Shown here piece by piece: positions 9,250 through 20,700 of a DNA stretch of 64,000 nt; the stretch's first letter is position 1, and the number at the start of each line of letters is the position of its first letter. Below the pieces are notes generated by a model, which saw only the letters and a program-made list of their open reading frames with translations, searched no databases and had not been told where the DNA came from. The DNA is from Sedimentisphaerales bacterium. Its GTDB lineage: Bacteria > Planctomycetota > Phycisphaerae > Sedimentisphaerales > SM23-30. Where the stretch lies: positions 128,001 to 192,000 of the forward strand of contig CAXXFK010000015.1 in NCBI GenBank assembly GCA_963663965.2, read 5' to 3'. The translations under genes were made by a program, and so were the position numbers.

Positions 9250-11670
9250 TCAACTATTGCTGGGTGGATTCTTCACGGTCATGGCATGGTGAATATTTTG
9301 CAAAAATACAATACGTTCGTCCACGGTTCCATTGGCTGGAAATTTCACAAAACGCTCGTCAAATACTTTCATCAACTCGATAATTCGAGGGTCGTGATTT
9401 TTGGTCTGTGTCAGCATGAGCTCCTGGTGATTCAAAAGCTCCACCAGAAGCTTGTGGGTCATCTCAGACCATTGTTTTTTCAGGGCCTCATCCGGATACT
9501 GGGTTAGCGGCGTGATAAAATCCGCTACCATCCGTGCCCGACGATAGAGCGAGTCAGCCTGGTCGTTGGACAGGCCGGCCAGTTTATCCAGAACAACTTT
9601 ATGGCTGGCCGCTGATTGCGATAACAGGATCAGAGTTTCCGGTCGCGCCAGTGTGATGTTTTTATCATTACCGTTGTCCAGCAGATTACTCAGAACTAAC
9701 TGTCGGTATTGATTTTTCTCTTCCTCGGACGCGGCTATTTTTATCAGACGCAAATACGAAGTCACCAGGATATCATTCGCCTGTTGCCGTTTGGCCAATT
9801 GGATCTGAAGTTTTAAAATGCCCGTTTCCAGATCCGCGGGAATCGCCTTGTTCTCTGTCTGCAGCGATTCCAGCCGGCGGACCATGCTGCCAACGAGCCT
9901 TTCTTGCAATGGTAGTAAACTGTCATCGGCAAATAACGGGGTGGACCAGTTATAAACTTCATTCAGGGACATCCCCGATAGAATTTTGGTAAGAGTATCC
10001 AGAAAATGCTTTTTGATATCGATATCCGTCTCGGCGAGATAACGATCTTTGAGCAGGCTTAAATGCGTGCTGTCACCGTATGCGTCAAACGCGGTCAGGA
10101 GTGCAAACCGGACGGTTGGATCCGGATCTTCAAAGAGCCTCGCTTCAAGCAAAATGCTTAAACAATCTTTCTTGGCCAGTTTTATCAAGGTATAGATCGC
10201 GTGCGAACGAACATCCGACCCACTGTCCTTGAGCGAACGATTGAGCAGTTCACCAAATAGTTTGGTCATCATTTCCCGGTTCTGTGGATTATCCGCCAGA
10301 ATCTCGATCGTCAAAATCAGTTCCCGTCTGGGTTCGAGCCACTGGATTTTCGCCGGGTAATACTTCGCCAGACTTTGAATCACTGTTTCCGTCTGTTGTC
10401 GGTCCAGGGCCGGCAGCAAACGGCCCATTGTCTTCACCGCGGCGGCGGAAACCAGTTTGTTCTCGCTTCGCTCCCAATAGGTCAGCGCGGGCTCGAGTGC
10501 CTGGACATATTCCATGGCGCCTAATGTGTTCAACAAGGTTGTTTGCACTTCAGGAATCTGTTCCGTCTCCAGCAGCTTCAATAATTGAACACCGTAAGGA
10601 CGCACCAACTCAATATCGAAGGTCGTCAGGGATTCCACGGCCAACTGCCTTACCCGTGATACGGGGTCGCTTAGTTCCGGCTCTATCAACTTAAGTATCT
10701 GAGCCGGACTCTTTTCTTCGATCGGTAGCGTGGATTTATTCCATTGTATAATACGCTGAATAGCCCAGAGCCGAAATGCTTCTTCAGTGTTATTGGACAG
10801 GTAAGTCGTCAACATCGCCAGACGTTCTTTGATTTTCAAAGTTTCAAACTTATCCGTCTCGCCGGCCAGATATGTTTTTCGCCACTTCTCTGCCTCTTGT
10901 TGTAACTTGATATTACTGGACTCATATTGCATGATCTGTTTTTGACGCAGTTCAAGTAACCACATCAAAAAAGTCTGTTGTTTGAGTTTCAGTAAACCCG
11001 GAAGTACATTTTCATCAAACTCCTTTATGTTCAATGGCTTACGCAAATACAACATCTCACAGATACTATCGGAAGCCATTTGACGAACGGTCGCCTGGTC
11101 ATCGGTTAGAAGTTTTGCCAACGCCTGCACAGACTCCTGTGAAGGGACCAGTTTCAATGCCGTTATCCCTGCCAAACGCGCACGCTCCGGTTCATCGCTG
11201 TTTTGAACCAGCATCGCCAGTTCGTGAACAACCCCATTACTGCATTTTAATACCGCCCGGGCCGCCCAGTTGTTAGTCTCGGTATCATCTATTCTCATTA
11301 GATCCAGTAGCGGATTGATAAATTCCTTAGGCAACAGCGGACTATCGGTAAAATCAAGATAACTTCCGGTCAATTGCGAGATACTCTGACAGAGAATTTT
11401 CTTGGTGGTATGATTATTGGAACTCTTTAATATATCGATCAGGGCCGGATAAGCCTCTGGATTCTTCAATAATGCAGCAGCATATTCCTGCCTTAAAGCC
11501 AGTTCCGTCGATTCCGACAGCATCCCCTTGACCATTAACTCCACTGGCGATGGCGATGCCGGTGCCTCTGGTGTTTGTCCCTGCACCAGTGGCGCCCAGA
11601 AAAAAAGCCCGAGCCATAATATCAGGATAAAGGCGGGCTTGGGTCTGGTTGCGAACATCGTCAACTCCAT
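9250..11670 (-). CDS. Secreted HEAT-repeat protein
   Basis: Signal peptide; repeated LxDxxxxVRxxA motifs (LTDDQATVRQMA, LSDPVSRVRQLA, LKDSGSDVRSHA, FEDPDPTVRFA). Confidence 0.8.
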   Translation of the reverse strand: MELTMFATRPKPAFILILWLGLFFWAPLVQGQTPEAPASPSPVELMVKGMLSESTELALRQEYAAALLKNPEAYPALIDILKSSNNHTTKKILCQSISQLTGSYLDFTDSPLLPKEFINPLLDLMRIDDTETNNWAARAVLKCSNGVVHELAMLVQNSDEPERARLAGITALKLVPSQESVQALAKLLTDDQATVRQMASDSICEMLYLRKPLNIKEFDENVLPGLLKLKQQTFLMWLLELRQKQIMQYESSNIKLQQEAEKWRKTYLAGETDKFETLKIKERLAMLTTYLSNNTEEAFRLWAIQRIIQWNKSTLPIEEKSPAQILKLIEPELSDPVSRVRQLAVESLTTFDIELVRPYGVQLLKLLETEQIPEVQTTLLNTLGAMEYVQALEPALTYWERSENKLVSAAAVKTMGRLLPALDRQQTETVIQSLAKYYPAKIQWLEPRRELILTIEILADNPQNREMMTKLFGELLNRSLKDSGSDVRSHAIYTLIKLAKKDCLSILLEARLFEDPDPTVRFALLTAFDAYGDSTHLSLLKDRYLAETDIDIKKHFLDTLTKILSGMSLNEVYNWSTPLFADDSLLPLQERLVGSMVRRLESLQTENKAIPADLETGILKLQIQLAKRQQANDILVTSYLRLIKIAASEEEKNQYRQLVLSNLLDNGNDKNITLARPETLILLSQSAASHKVVLDKLAGLSNDQADSLYRRARMVADFITPLTQYPDEALKKQWSEMTHKLLVELLNHQELMLTQTKNHDPRIIELMKVFDERFVKFPANGTVDERIVFLQNIHHAMTVKNPPSNS

Positions 11671-11876
11671 GCATTTTAGACAGTTTAATTGTTCATATAC
11701 TTAAAGAATACAAAACCAGGGCGGTCCTGTCAACGAAACTGATAGAAAATTCGGTCTTTCTTATTGAATTTTATTCATTTATGATCAATGATATTTGTTT
11801 TATACGATGTTTACCTGTATCGGTTCTGGCGATTACGTATCGCCAGTTATTAAACGAATAATGAACAGGATAAATT

Positions 11877-12929
11877 TTGAAAAAGAATCGTAAAAATTGG
11901 CTGTGGCTGATTGTCGCTCTGGCAGCGTTGGGGTTGCTAATCAAAAACGTTGATCCGGATAAACTCAAAGAGGCGGTCAGCCAGATGAACTGGTCTAAAG
12001 GACTCTGGGCGCTGCTCATCTATTTTGCTTCGCAAACCCTGATGGCGGTTCGCTGGCAGGCGCTGTTGCAGGTACAGGGTATCCGGGTTGGCCTCTTCCA
12101 GACCATACGCCTGGTCTGGATGGGTTTATTTTTCAATAATATGATGCCCGGCGCCGTCGGCGGTGATCTGCTCAAAGCATGGTATATTACCCACCATGGG
12201 GGTGAAAACGATAAAGTCGCCGCCATAACCACCGTTTTTGTCGACAGGATCGCGGGACTTGCCGGCATGATCGCTATCGGACTGATCGCGGAACGACTCT
12301 CGACTGAAATTTTAATGGTTCCCTTCATGGGTCACGAAATTCCGGTGCGGTATATTATCTGGACACTTATGGCCCTGTTTGTTATCGGAAGCGTGATCAT
12401 TTTAAGCAAACGCATCCGCAAATTCATCCTGCCGCCCACTGCTCTGGAAAAACTCCCCTTCGGCCATGCCATCAAAAAAGCCGACGCCGCGGTGCAACTC
12501 TATCGCTCTCACCCGATCAGTATAACGATCGCGGTCTGCTTAACCATTGTCATCCAGTGTATGGGAGTGGCGGCAACCTGGCAACTTGCCTGGGCGCTCG
12601 GTCTCACTCAGATTACCTTTATCCAGTGCCTCTCAGTGCTCCCGATTATCTGGTTAATCAGCGCGGCGGTTCCGGTGCCAGGTGGCCTGGGCGTCATGGA
12701 ATATCTGTTTATCCCGTTTTTCTGCAGGGCAATCATACCCGGTGTCGAGGCTGGCAGCGAAATGTGGGACGCGGCCGAATCACAGGCGCTGGCGCTGGCT
12801 TTCATGAACCGCCTGATGATTTGCGGTGCATCCTTGCCAGGTGGCCTGGTTCCGGTGCTGGGTGGGCACTTACCACCCCAGACCGAGATGCAAAATGAAA
12901 TGGAACAGATGGAAGCACAGGAAAACTAA
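11877..12929 (+). CDS. Lysylphosphatidylglycerol synthase TM-region (flippase-like, YbhN/AglD2) protein
   Basis: RWQALL, GLFFNNMMPGAVGGD, VDRIAG, PVPGGLGVME; multiple TM helices. Confidence 0.85.
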   Translation: MKKNRKNWLWLIVALAALGLLIKNVDPDKLKEAVSQMNWSKGLWALLIYFASQTLMAVRWQALLQVQGIRVGLFQTIRLVWMGLFFNNMMPGAVGGDLLKAWYITHHGGENDKVAAITTVFVDRIAGLAGMIAIGLIAERLSTEILMVPFMGHEIPVRYIIWTLMALFVIGSVIILSKRIRKFILPPTALEKLPFGHAIKKADAAVQLYRSHPISITIAVCLTIVIQCMGVAATWQLAWALGLTQITFIQCLSVLPIIWLISAAVPVPGGLGVMEYLFIPFFCRAIIPGVEAGSEMWDAAESQALALAFMNRLMICGASLPGGLVPVLGGHLPPQTEMQNEMEQMEAQEN

Positions 12930-12932
12930 CCG

Positions 12933-13619
12933 ATGCAAGCATTAATCGTTTATCTCCTATTCCCATTGACAGGGTATCTGCTGGGCGCGATCCCGTTCGG
13001 TTTAATCATCGGCCTCAGCCGCGGCATCGATATTCGCCAACATGGCAGCGGTAACATCGGCAGTACCAACACCGTACGGATCCTCGGCAAAAAATTAGGT
13101 TATCTCTGTTTCCTACTCGATGTCCTCAAAGGACTGCTGCCCACCTCTCTGGTTGCCATCTATCTGCACACCCGTTTAGAAACCACCCCAATGACATCGG
13201 GCGATCATCTGGCGCTTTTACTGACTGGTGGCGCCTGTGTAGCCGGTCACATCTTCCCGGTCTATTTGAAATTTAAAGGCGGCAAAGGCGTCGCCACGTC
13301 TCTGGGTATGGTCCTGGGAATCTGGCCCTGGTTTACCCTCAGCGGTCTGGCCGCGTTCCTCATCTGGGTCATCGTCTGGCAAACCTGGCGCTATGTCTCG
13401 CTGGCTTCTATCGTGGCCGCGATTACCTTTCCTGTCATATTATTTTTATGGATTCTCATGCGGCCGGACTGGTCGCTGGACCAATTATGGCTCCTGCAAC
13501 TGTTTGCCGTAATCATGGCAACTCTGGTAGTCATCAAACATAAAAGCAATGTTACCAGACTGCTTAACGGCACCGAAAGCGGCGGCCGAAAAGCAAAAGA
13601 CACCCAAGTCTCTAAATAA
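12933..13619 (+). CDS. plsY: Glycerol-3-phosphate acyltransferase PlsY
   Basis: DIRQHGSGNIGSTN, DVLKG, GHIFPVYLKFKGGKGVAT, HKSNVTRLLNGTE. Confidence 0.96.
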   Translation: MQALIVYLLFPLTGYLLGAIPFGLIIGLSRGIDIRQHGSGNIGSTNTVRILGKKLGYLCFLLDVLKGLLPTSLVAIYLHTRLETTPMTSGDHLALLLTGGACVAGHIFPVYLKFKGGKGVATSLGMVLGIWPWFTLSGLAAFLIWVIVWQTWRYVSLASIVAAITFPVILFLWILMRPDWSLDQLWLLQLFAVIMATLVVIKHKSNVTRLLNGTESGGRKAKDTQVSK

Positions 13620-13643
13620 CAAATACTAATGGAGGCAATAATC

Positions 13644-13913
13644 ATGATTGCCAGACATGCCTGCTTTTCCGGCCGGGTACAGGGAGTGGGTTTCCGTTAT
13701 ACCGCTCGCAGAATAGCATCGAACTATTCAGTCACCGGGTACGTAAAGAATCTAGCCGATGGCCGCGTAGAGATCCTGGCTGAAGGCGATAAAGAGGAAG
13801 TGGATGCTTACCTGGAAGAACTGCGAGAAGAGATGAGTGCTTATATTCGTAACGCGGCCATTGACCTATGGCCCTACAGTGGCCGTTACGGCTCCTTCCA
13901 GATCGCCTATTAA
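13644..13913 (+). CDS. acyP: Acylphosphatase
   Basis: [30 protein letters not shown] before the ATG at 13644. Confidence 0.95.
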   Translation: MIARHACFSGRVQGVGFRYTARRIASNYSVTGYVKNLADGRVEILAEGDKEEVDAYLEELREEMSAYIRNAAIDLWPYSGRYGSFQIAY

Positions 13914-13925
13914 GAGAGAGTAACG

Positions 13926-14768
13926 ATGCTGAGATTAATAAACAACCTGAAAACCGCCCTGTTACTGGGCTCATTAATGGGATTATTTCTGTTTGCCGGC
14001 GTTATGATCGGCGGCCAGCAAGGGCTGATCGTCGCCTTTATCCTCGGCGGCATGACCAATATTTTCGCTTACTTTTTTTCCGACAAACTTGCCCTGGCCA
14101 CCATGCGCGCCCGCCAGGTCACCGAACACGAAGCCCCCGGCCTGATCCGCCTGGTTCGCGAATTATCCCAGCGAGCCGGTCTGCCCATGCCCCGCGTCTA
14201 TATCTGCCCGCACCAGGCCCCCAACGCCTTTGCCACCGGCCGCAATCCGCGTAACGCGGCCATTGCGGTCACCGAAGGTCTGCTCAGGCTGGTCGACAAT
14301 CAAGAACTGGCCGGTGTCATCGGCCACGAACTGGCCCATGTCAAACATCGAGATATCCTCATCAGCAGTATCGCCGCCACTATCGCCGGTGCGATCAGCG
14401 CCCTGGGTTACCTGTTCTATTTCATCCCAATGGGTGGCGACAACCGTCGCGGTGGTAATCCTCTCGCCGCGTTGCTCATGATTATCCTGGCCCCCTTAGC
14501 CGCCATGCTCATTCAGGCCGCCATCAGCCGCAAGCGGGAATTCAACGCCGACAACTACGGCGCCGAACTGTGCGGCAACCCCAACTATCTGGCCAGCGCC
14601 CTCATCAAACTCCACAACTACAGTCAGCGTATCCCCATGGCCGTCCCCCTCGACAGCCAGCGAAATATGTTTATCGTCGAGCCCTTCACCAGCAAAGAAG
14701 CCCTCAGCCTGTTCGATACCCATCCAAAACTGGAAGCACGCTTACAGGCATTGAACAATATGTCATAA
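13926..14768 (+). CDS. htpX: Zinc metalloprotease HtpX (M48)
   Basis: PNAFATGRNP, HELAH, SRKREFNAD, THP motif. Confidence 0.95.
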   Translation: MLRLINNLKTALLLGSLMGLFLFAGVMIGGQQGLIVAFILGGMTNIFAYFFSDKLALATMRARQVTEHEAPGLIRLVRELSQRAGLPMPRVYICPHQAPNAFATGRNPRNAAIAVTEGLLRLVDNQELAGVIGHELAHVKHRDILISSIAATIAGAISALGYLFYFIPMGGDNRRGGNPLAALLMIILAPLAAMLIQAAISRKREFNADNYGAELCGNPNYLASALIKLHNYSQRIPMAVPLDSQRNMFIVEPFTSKEALSLFDTHPKLEARLQALNNMS

Positions 14769-14773
14769 TAACG

Positions 14774-17611
14774 TTAGTGTATCTGCCAGAGAACCACATC
14801 TCCCCGGCGCGATGCGGGCACAACCTCCAGATCGACCAGTTCCCCGTTACGGATCTGCCCGCTGACTGTGGTCTTCCTGGGCGCGTGCAGTTTAAAGTCC
14901 GCGTTCCATTCCCCAGGCCAGGCCGGCATCAGGTAGATCGTATCACCCTCAGTCTGCATCAGCATCACCTGCAAGATCCGCATCAATACCCCGCCGTGGT
15001 CCTGATCCGGCACCCAGTCATAATTGGGCCCCCAGAACGCCGGAAACCGTGATTCTTTATGCCAGTTTTTCGCGCGTTTAACCAGCAACTCCCGCGCCTC
15101 ATCCGCCAGGCCAAGCGATGCCATAAACAACTCATCCTGACGCCACCCCTGGTTGCCCCGGTCCCAGCGATGCTGCAAAGCCTCAATCCCCAACTGGACC
15201 GTCGGCTTGGCAAAACTAACCAGCTTGAATGGAAATACCGCATAGAGTTCAGGATTCTCGATATTCCGCTTCATATCAAACAACTCTGCCGGCGCCAGCA
15301 TGGTTTTGCCATCCTGACTGCGCAAAGGTAAATCCGGTATCTTCGCCAGCAAAGTCTGCCAGCGTTGACGCTGCTCCGGCTTTGCCAATCCCTCCGGCAA
15401 ACGCAGCAGACTCTCCAGCACCGCCCGCAACCCGGCCACTTCCGGCATCGGATTTGTACACCGCCACCAGGTTTCCAACGCCTGCGATGGACTCATCACC
15501 AACTTGCCCTCCGGCCCGGTCGGATAGAAATGATTGAAAAACTGGGTCACCTCATCGGCCACCGGAATCACCTTATCTTTAAGAAACGCCACATCCCGGG
15601 TATGCTCAAAATAATCCAGCATCATCCAGGCCAGTTCCAATCCCCCCACCCATTCCCATTTATGCCAGCCGCTTTCCTGCAGCTTATCATCCCGCTCATC
15701 AAAAGGCGTCCAGCCGTACGACTCACTGAACACCGCTCCCCAGAAATAGATACACTCCGGATAATAAGCCCCGCCATGCCTGAAATATCGCCGGGTTCGA
15801 TAGCGGCACACCTCAAATACATCACCGGCATACATATCGAACAACGGTTTCATCATCTCAAAATCGCCCGAAGCACACATACTCAGATACGGCAGCCGGG
15901 TATTCTGCCACCAGTAGCCCGGTCCCCAGCGCCGGTAATCGGCGTCACCCGGCGCGCCGGCATGCGACACAGTAAAAATCGAACCATTAAATTTAATCGG
16001 ATACCGCCCTCGTCCCGCGCAGGCTGTCACAAATCGTTGCAGAATATAACCCCGCGTCACCGCAACCCCATCCCGTTCCACAGACCCAATCTCCTCCGCC
16101 ACCTTCTGGCCGTTATGGAACATGGCAATCCGACCAGACTGCCGGTCAATCACCGCCGCTACATGATGCCATTGCCCCGCCTCCAGCAAATCGGCCCGGC
16201 TCAGAGTCCCGGCCTGGGTAATCAATCGCAGACTATTACCCGGATACGTATCCAGCAGAAAGCCATCATCCCCCCCCGGTGTGGTTTTATCGACAATCCG
16301 CCCGCCGCCTCGCCCCATTTTTTCCGGCCGAACCCACGCCTCCAGACTCAGCTGCTCCAATTCATCCACCTCCCGGAGCGCCTCCAATTCCAATCCAATA
16401 GCCACCGCCGTCTGACAGTCCAGAACCCCCTTCTTGCTTGTCAGATTCTGACGCCGATCACCCGCCAGCGCCTTAATCTCCTCATCGGTCAATGCACCCT
16501 TAAACAGCGTCACCCGGCCGATCTGTCCGGCAAAACGCTCTCCCCCATGCTGACTCAAACCGATTCGCACCGCATGCTCACTGGGCCGCATCAGGGCCGG
16601 CGGCAACGACGTCCCACCTGATTCCACATAGATCCAGCTCCGATCCCAGAAATCCGACCACCATTGCCGATGTCGACGCCAACGCCCCTCATACGGAATC
16701 GCCTCAACTTCAGCAATAATAGCCTCCAGTTCCTTCTGCCAACCCTCCGGCTTACTGGGATGACTCGTCAGCACATAAACCGACAACTGCTGCCTCCGGG
16801 CCGGCTCCACGCGTAACGTACGATCATCCACCCTTTCGCCCGCATTGCCGCTGGTCACCATCGCCCCAAAAATCCGATCCAGCAGCGGATCTGTCATCTG
16901 ATAACCGGCCAAACCCTGTATCCCCATCGTCAATTCCGGGCCCACTGATTTCGTATTATGATGATACCAGCCGATCCGCCCTTTCTGCCCGCTCATCACC
17001 CTGTCCGGCTCAACCACCGTCGGCCCATGCACTCCCTCCGGCCGGCTGCGATCCAGCATCACATCGCTCACCTCCACGGATGGCAATAACATCGGCTCAT
17101 TCCGCCACAACTCGATCCGGGCTGTCACTTCCAAAGGCTCATTGCTCTCACAATCCACACACACCACCGGATGATTCGCGTCAACCCACACCATCAATTT
17201 AACCCGGCTCTCACCACTCCCATAATCAACCTCAACAGCCCCCGTCTTCAGATTCAATCGCTGCTGAAACGCTGTCATCGGCGGCGCCGGACTCAAACTC
17301 ACTCGCAATCGCCCCACCTTCAACAACCGCCCGTTATCACCCCAGCTATCCGTTTTTGAAATATAAAACAACAGATCGCCATTGGGTTCTGTCCACACAT
17401 TCAGCCCGATATCACCATTCCCCAACGGCATGGAATCATCCACCCCTTCTCCCGGACTGTCCCATACCACATCGTAACTGGACAACCGGTTAAATGCCCC
17501 AGCGCCCCAGACATCCGTTTCCAGCAACAAACGCCCCGGCCCGCCGATTGCCAATAGAACCACACCGGCCCAAAACCAACCCCAAACAGACTTAATCTTC
17601 ATCAATTGCAT
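14774..17611 (-). CDS. Secreted GH95-like/DUF5703 six-hairpin glycosidase with an internal LamG-like insert
   Basis: SMPLGNGDIGLNVW, YPIKFNGSIF, WWQNTR, NIENPELYAVFP, GWRQD, FPAFWGPNYDWVPDQDHG, PAWP..W..FKLHAP. Confidence 0.75.
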   Translation of the reverse strand: MQLMKIKSVWGWFWAGVVLLAIGGPGRLLLETDVWGAGAFNRLSSYDVVWDSPGEGVDDSMPLGNGDIGLNVWTEPNGDLLFYISKTDSWGDNGRLLKVGRLRVSLSPAPPMTAFQQRLNLKTGAVEVDYGSGESRVKLMVWVDANHPVVCVDCESNEPLEVTARIELWRNEPMLLPSVEVSDVMLDRSRPEGVHGPTVVEPDRVMSGQKGRIGWYHHNTKSVGPELTMGIQGLAGYQMTDPLLDRIFGAMVTSGNAGERVDDRTLRVEPARRQQLSVYVLTSHPSKPEGWQKELEAIIAEVEAIPYEGRWRRHRQWWSDFWDRSWIYVESGGTSLPPALMRPSEHAVRIGLSQHGGERFAGQIGRVTLFKGALTDEEIKALAGDRRQNLTSKKGVLDCQTAVAIGLELEALREVDELEQLSLEAWVRPEKMGRGGGRIVDKTTPGGDDGFLLDTYPGNSLRLITQAGTLSRADLLEAGQWHHVAAVIDRQSGRIAMFHNGQKVAEEIGSVERDGVAVTRGYILQRFVTACAGRGRYPIKFNGSIFTVSHAGAPGDADYRRWGPGYWWQNTRLPYLSMCASGDFEMMKPLFDMYAGDVFEVCRYRTRRYFRHGGAYYPECIYFWGAVFSESYGWTPFDERDDKLQESGWHKWEWVGGLELAWMMLDYFEHTRDVAFLKDKVIPVADEVTQFFNHFYPTGPEGKLVMSPSQALETWWRCTNPMPEVAGLRAVLESLLRLPEGLAKPEQRQRWQTLLAKIPDLPLRSQDGKTMLAPAELFDMKRNIENPELYAVFPFKLVSFAKPTVQLGIEALQHRWDRGNQGWRQDELFMASLGLADEARELLVKRAKNWHKESRFPAFWGPNYDWVPDQDHGGVLMRILQVMLMQTEGDTIYLMPAWPGEWNADFKLHAPRKTTVSGQIRNGELVDLEVVPASRRGDVVLWQIH

Positions 17612-17751
17612 GGCTATTCTCCATTTACTGGTCAGGTAGTCAATTTCCGTACCCTGACTGTCATCGGCTTATTAGATTAACACCCAATAGTAACCCAACA
17701 GGCAACTTGTGGCAAACTAAAAGCGTCTGACCATTATGAGAATAACCGGCC

Positions 17752-20700
17752 TTAAAGCGACGTGTTAAGCCAGTTCGTTATCATAGCATCCACATCAGTC
17801 CACTGAAAGGCCGCCAGCCAGCTCTCGCTCAATTTCTCCCAGTCAGGCAGATTCACCCAGCCATCGATATTGATATCGCCCCGATAATAAAACGCGGCCG
17901 CCTCCTGCGATGCCTCCGACTCATTCCAGGCGGTATCCAGCGCGCGAACAATGTAGTAGTAATTTTGACCGGCCATCGTCTCGGTATCCCGATAGGAACT
18001 GTCCGTAACCTGAGCGGCAATCAGACTGGGCAAAACGCTGCCCGGAGTCTCCGTTCGATAAACGTTATACCCCGCGATATCGCCTTCCGGATTATTATCC
18101 CAGTCCAGCTCGATTGCCCCACCCGCCGGCGCCGCCGACAGATTGCCCGGCGCCCGCAAAGGTGTCCGGTCACGATACAGTACCGCAGCAGGAATCGCCT
18201 GCCTGGCAATCCCCGGTCCCGACCACTGCAATGTCAGCATCGGTTCGGCCCGCCCGCTGCGATAATACAGCCGGAAGGGATGCAACCCGGCCGCCAGCTT
18301 GATCATACCGGCCACTTCCACCCCTGTATGATTAAAATCATCATCGATCACCTGCGAATCATGAATCCTCAGATGAGCGCCCGTATCACAACTCAGATAA
18401 AAATTCCAGTCCCCATCCGCCGGGATATCGATATAACCACACACCAGCAAGCCGGCATCGGTTGGACAGGTTAAATGCTCCAGTCCGATCGCCGCGTCAC
18501 TCCCCGTGGCCACCGGTGTCATATCCCGAAACTCCGGCACCCACGGCCACAATCCCTCATAAGCCTGCCAGACAATCCCCCGCTCCACCGGCACAGTAAC
18601 CGGTGTGACCAGCGCCGAATCATACGGCCGGCTCGCCGTTGAATTGATCTGACGGATTCTCAGCACCTGATCCTTCATCTTCTGCTGCAAGCCGACAAAA
18701 TAAGAGGAGGTCCCCGCCAGGTTGGTCAACTCCCGCGGATCGTTGTTGACATCATAAATACGGAACAAATCATCATGACTCTGGATATTGTATCGCACCC
18801 CCTTATAGCCCTCCTGAAAGATCACTTGCATCTGGTTCCGCTTCAAACCGATATGCGACGCATCAAAATCACTATAACTGGGAGTCGATCCATTATTGTA
18901 ATATTCCACATACACCAGCCCGTCTTTCTGCGCACCTGCCCCCGTCAACGTCGGCCTCAGAGACACACCATCCGAGCGGCACGGTGCCGTCCACCCCGCC
19001 AGTTCCGCAAAGGTCGCCATCCAATCCTGAAACTGCGATGGCTGGTTACTGATCCGATTCCCCCCAATCGTACCCTGCCAGCGCACCAGCGTCGGCATAC
19101 GAACGCCGCCTTCCCACGTATCCCGCTTAATCCCGTCAAATGGACCATACGACTTAAACGCCGTCGGCTCATAATTCACCCCGCTCAGATAAGCCTCCGT
19201 ATGCGGCCCGTTATCCGATGAAAAGACAATCAGCGTTTTTTCATCGATATCCAGATCCTTCAGCGTCTGGATCAGATCGCCCACACAGTCATCCAGCCGC
19301 CGCACCGAGGTCGCGAACCGCACATCCTTATCCGGCCACCCCTTGCCGACATAATCCGGATGCCGCCACGAATCGATAGTGCCCGAGGCCGTATTGATCA
19401 TCGCCCCCGGCGTCCCATTCCATTGCAGTCCGCCCGTCAATCCCCGTCCGTCAGGATACGCCTGCGTCGGTAGCTGCAACGCCGCGTGCGGTGTATCGTA
19501 AGCCAGATAAATAAAGAACGGCTGATTCGGATTCGCCTGCCGATGTTCGGTTATCAGCTTCTTGGCCCGTGCGGTAAACAGATCCGCCGTATAACACTTA
19601 TCCAGCTGCCCGGATATCTCCGTATCGTTGTCCCATAGCTCCTTTTTCGACCGATGGGCCGCACTGTCACCCAGATCCCACGTATTTCCCGGATAATGCT
19701 GGTGACCATCACTATGCCGGACATAACCGAAGAAGAAATCGAATCCCCGTTTGGTGGGATAGGCCGGCCATTCGCTCGGATTACTGCCGCTGCCCTCCAG
19801 GCCATACTTACCGATCAACGAGGTATAATAGCCCGCCGATTTCAGCGTACTGGCCAGCGTAAAGTTATTCTCCAGCGCCTTATCGAACTGGTTGTCGCGC
19901 ACATTGGCATGACCCTGATGCACTCCCAGCAATAGCGAGGCCCGCGACGGCGCGCAGACCGGGGCCGGGCAATAATGCCGGTTCATAATAATGCCGCTCT
20001 GCGCCATCGTATCCAGGTGAGGAGTAAAATGTTTCTTGGTCCCCGGTATCTGGTTCTGAAACAATACCCCCAGGTCGCCATAACCCAGGTCATCACACAA
20101 AATGAAGATAATATTCGGCCGCTCTAGCTTTTCATTCGGATTTTTCGGATCCAGTTGCTTCGATACTTCCATCCCATCCGGCGTTCCATCCCCATCGGTA
20201 TCCGCCTTTTCCGGATCCGTCTTATAAATCTCAAGCTCATCTTTATCGGTCAGCAGATCATGATCGCTGTCAACCGTCGGATCGGCGTCCAGTATCGTAT
20301 CCGAAACCGTTCCCACTACAAAGAACCGCAAATCATCTTTCAACTCATTCGAAGAATTCACATCCGTCCGCTGCGCGATCAGGTTAAAGCCGCCCGGATA
20401 AGTATTCCCCGGACTCAACCGATAGACATCGATCCGCAGATCCTCACCCGCACTCGAATAGTCATCGAAGGATAACAGAAAACCGTATGCCTGGTTCTCT
20501 TTCATCAACAACGGCTCATCAAACCGGAAATGGATGAAATCACCGGCGACACAGGCAAAATTAGCGCCCACCTCTTCACCATGAATCAGAAACTGACTGA
20601 TCCCCGTCCCGTCAAACGGATCGCCATCGGCCACCCCATCGCTGTTCACCCATTGACTGCGGTCATTCCCATCCGCGCTGGGCCATTGGAAAACCCAGAT

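Noticed and set aside
15365..16621. 418-aa plus-strand ORF and similar long antisense ORFs over the sulfatase, valS and Rhs genes
   Set aside because: Shadow frames of GC-rich, codon-biased genes on the opposite strand
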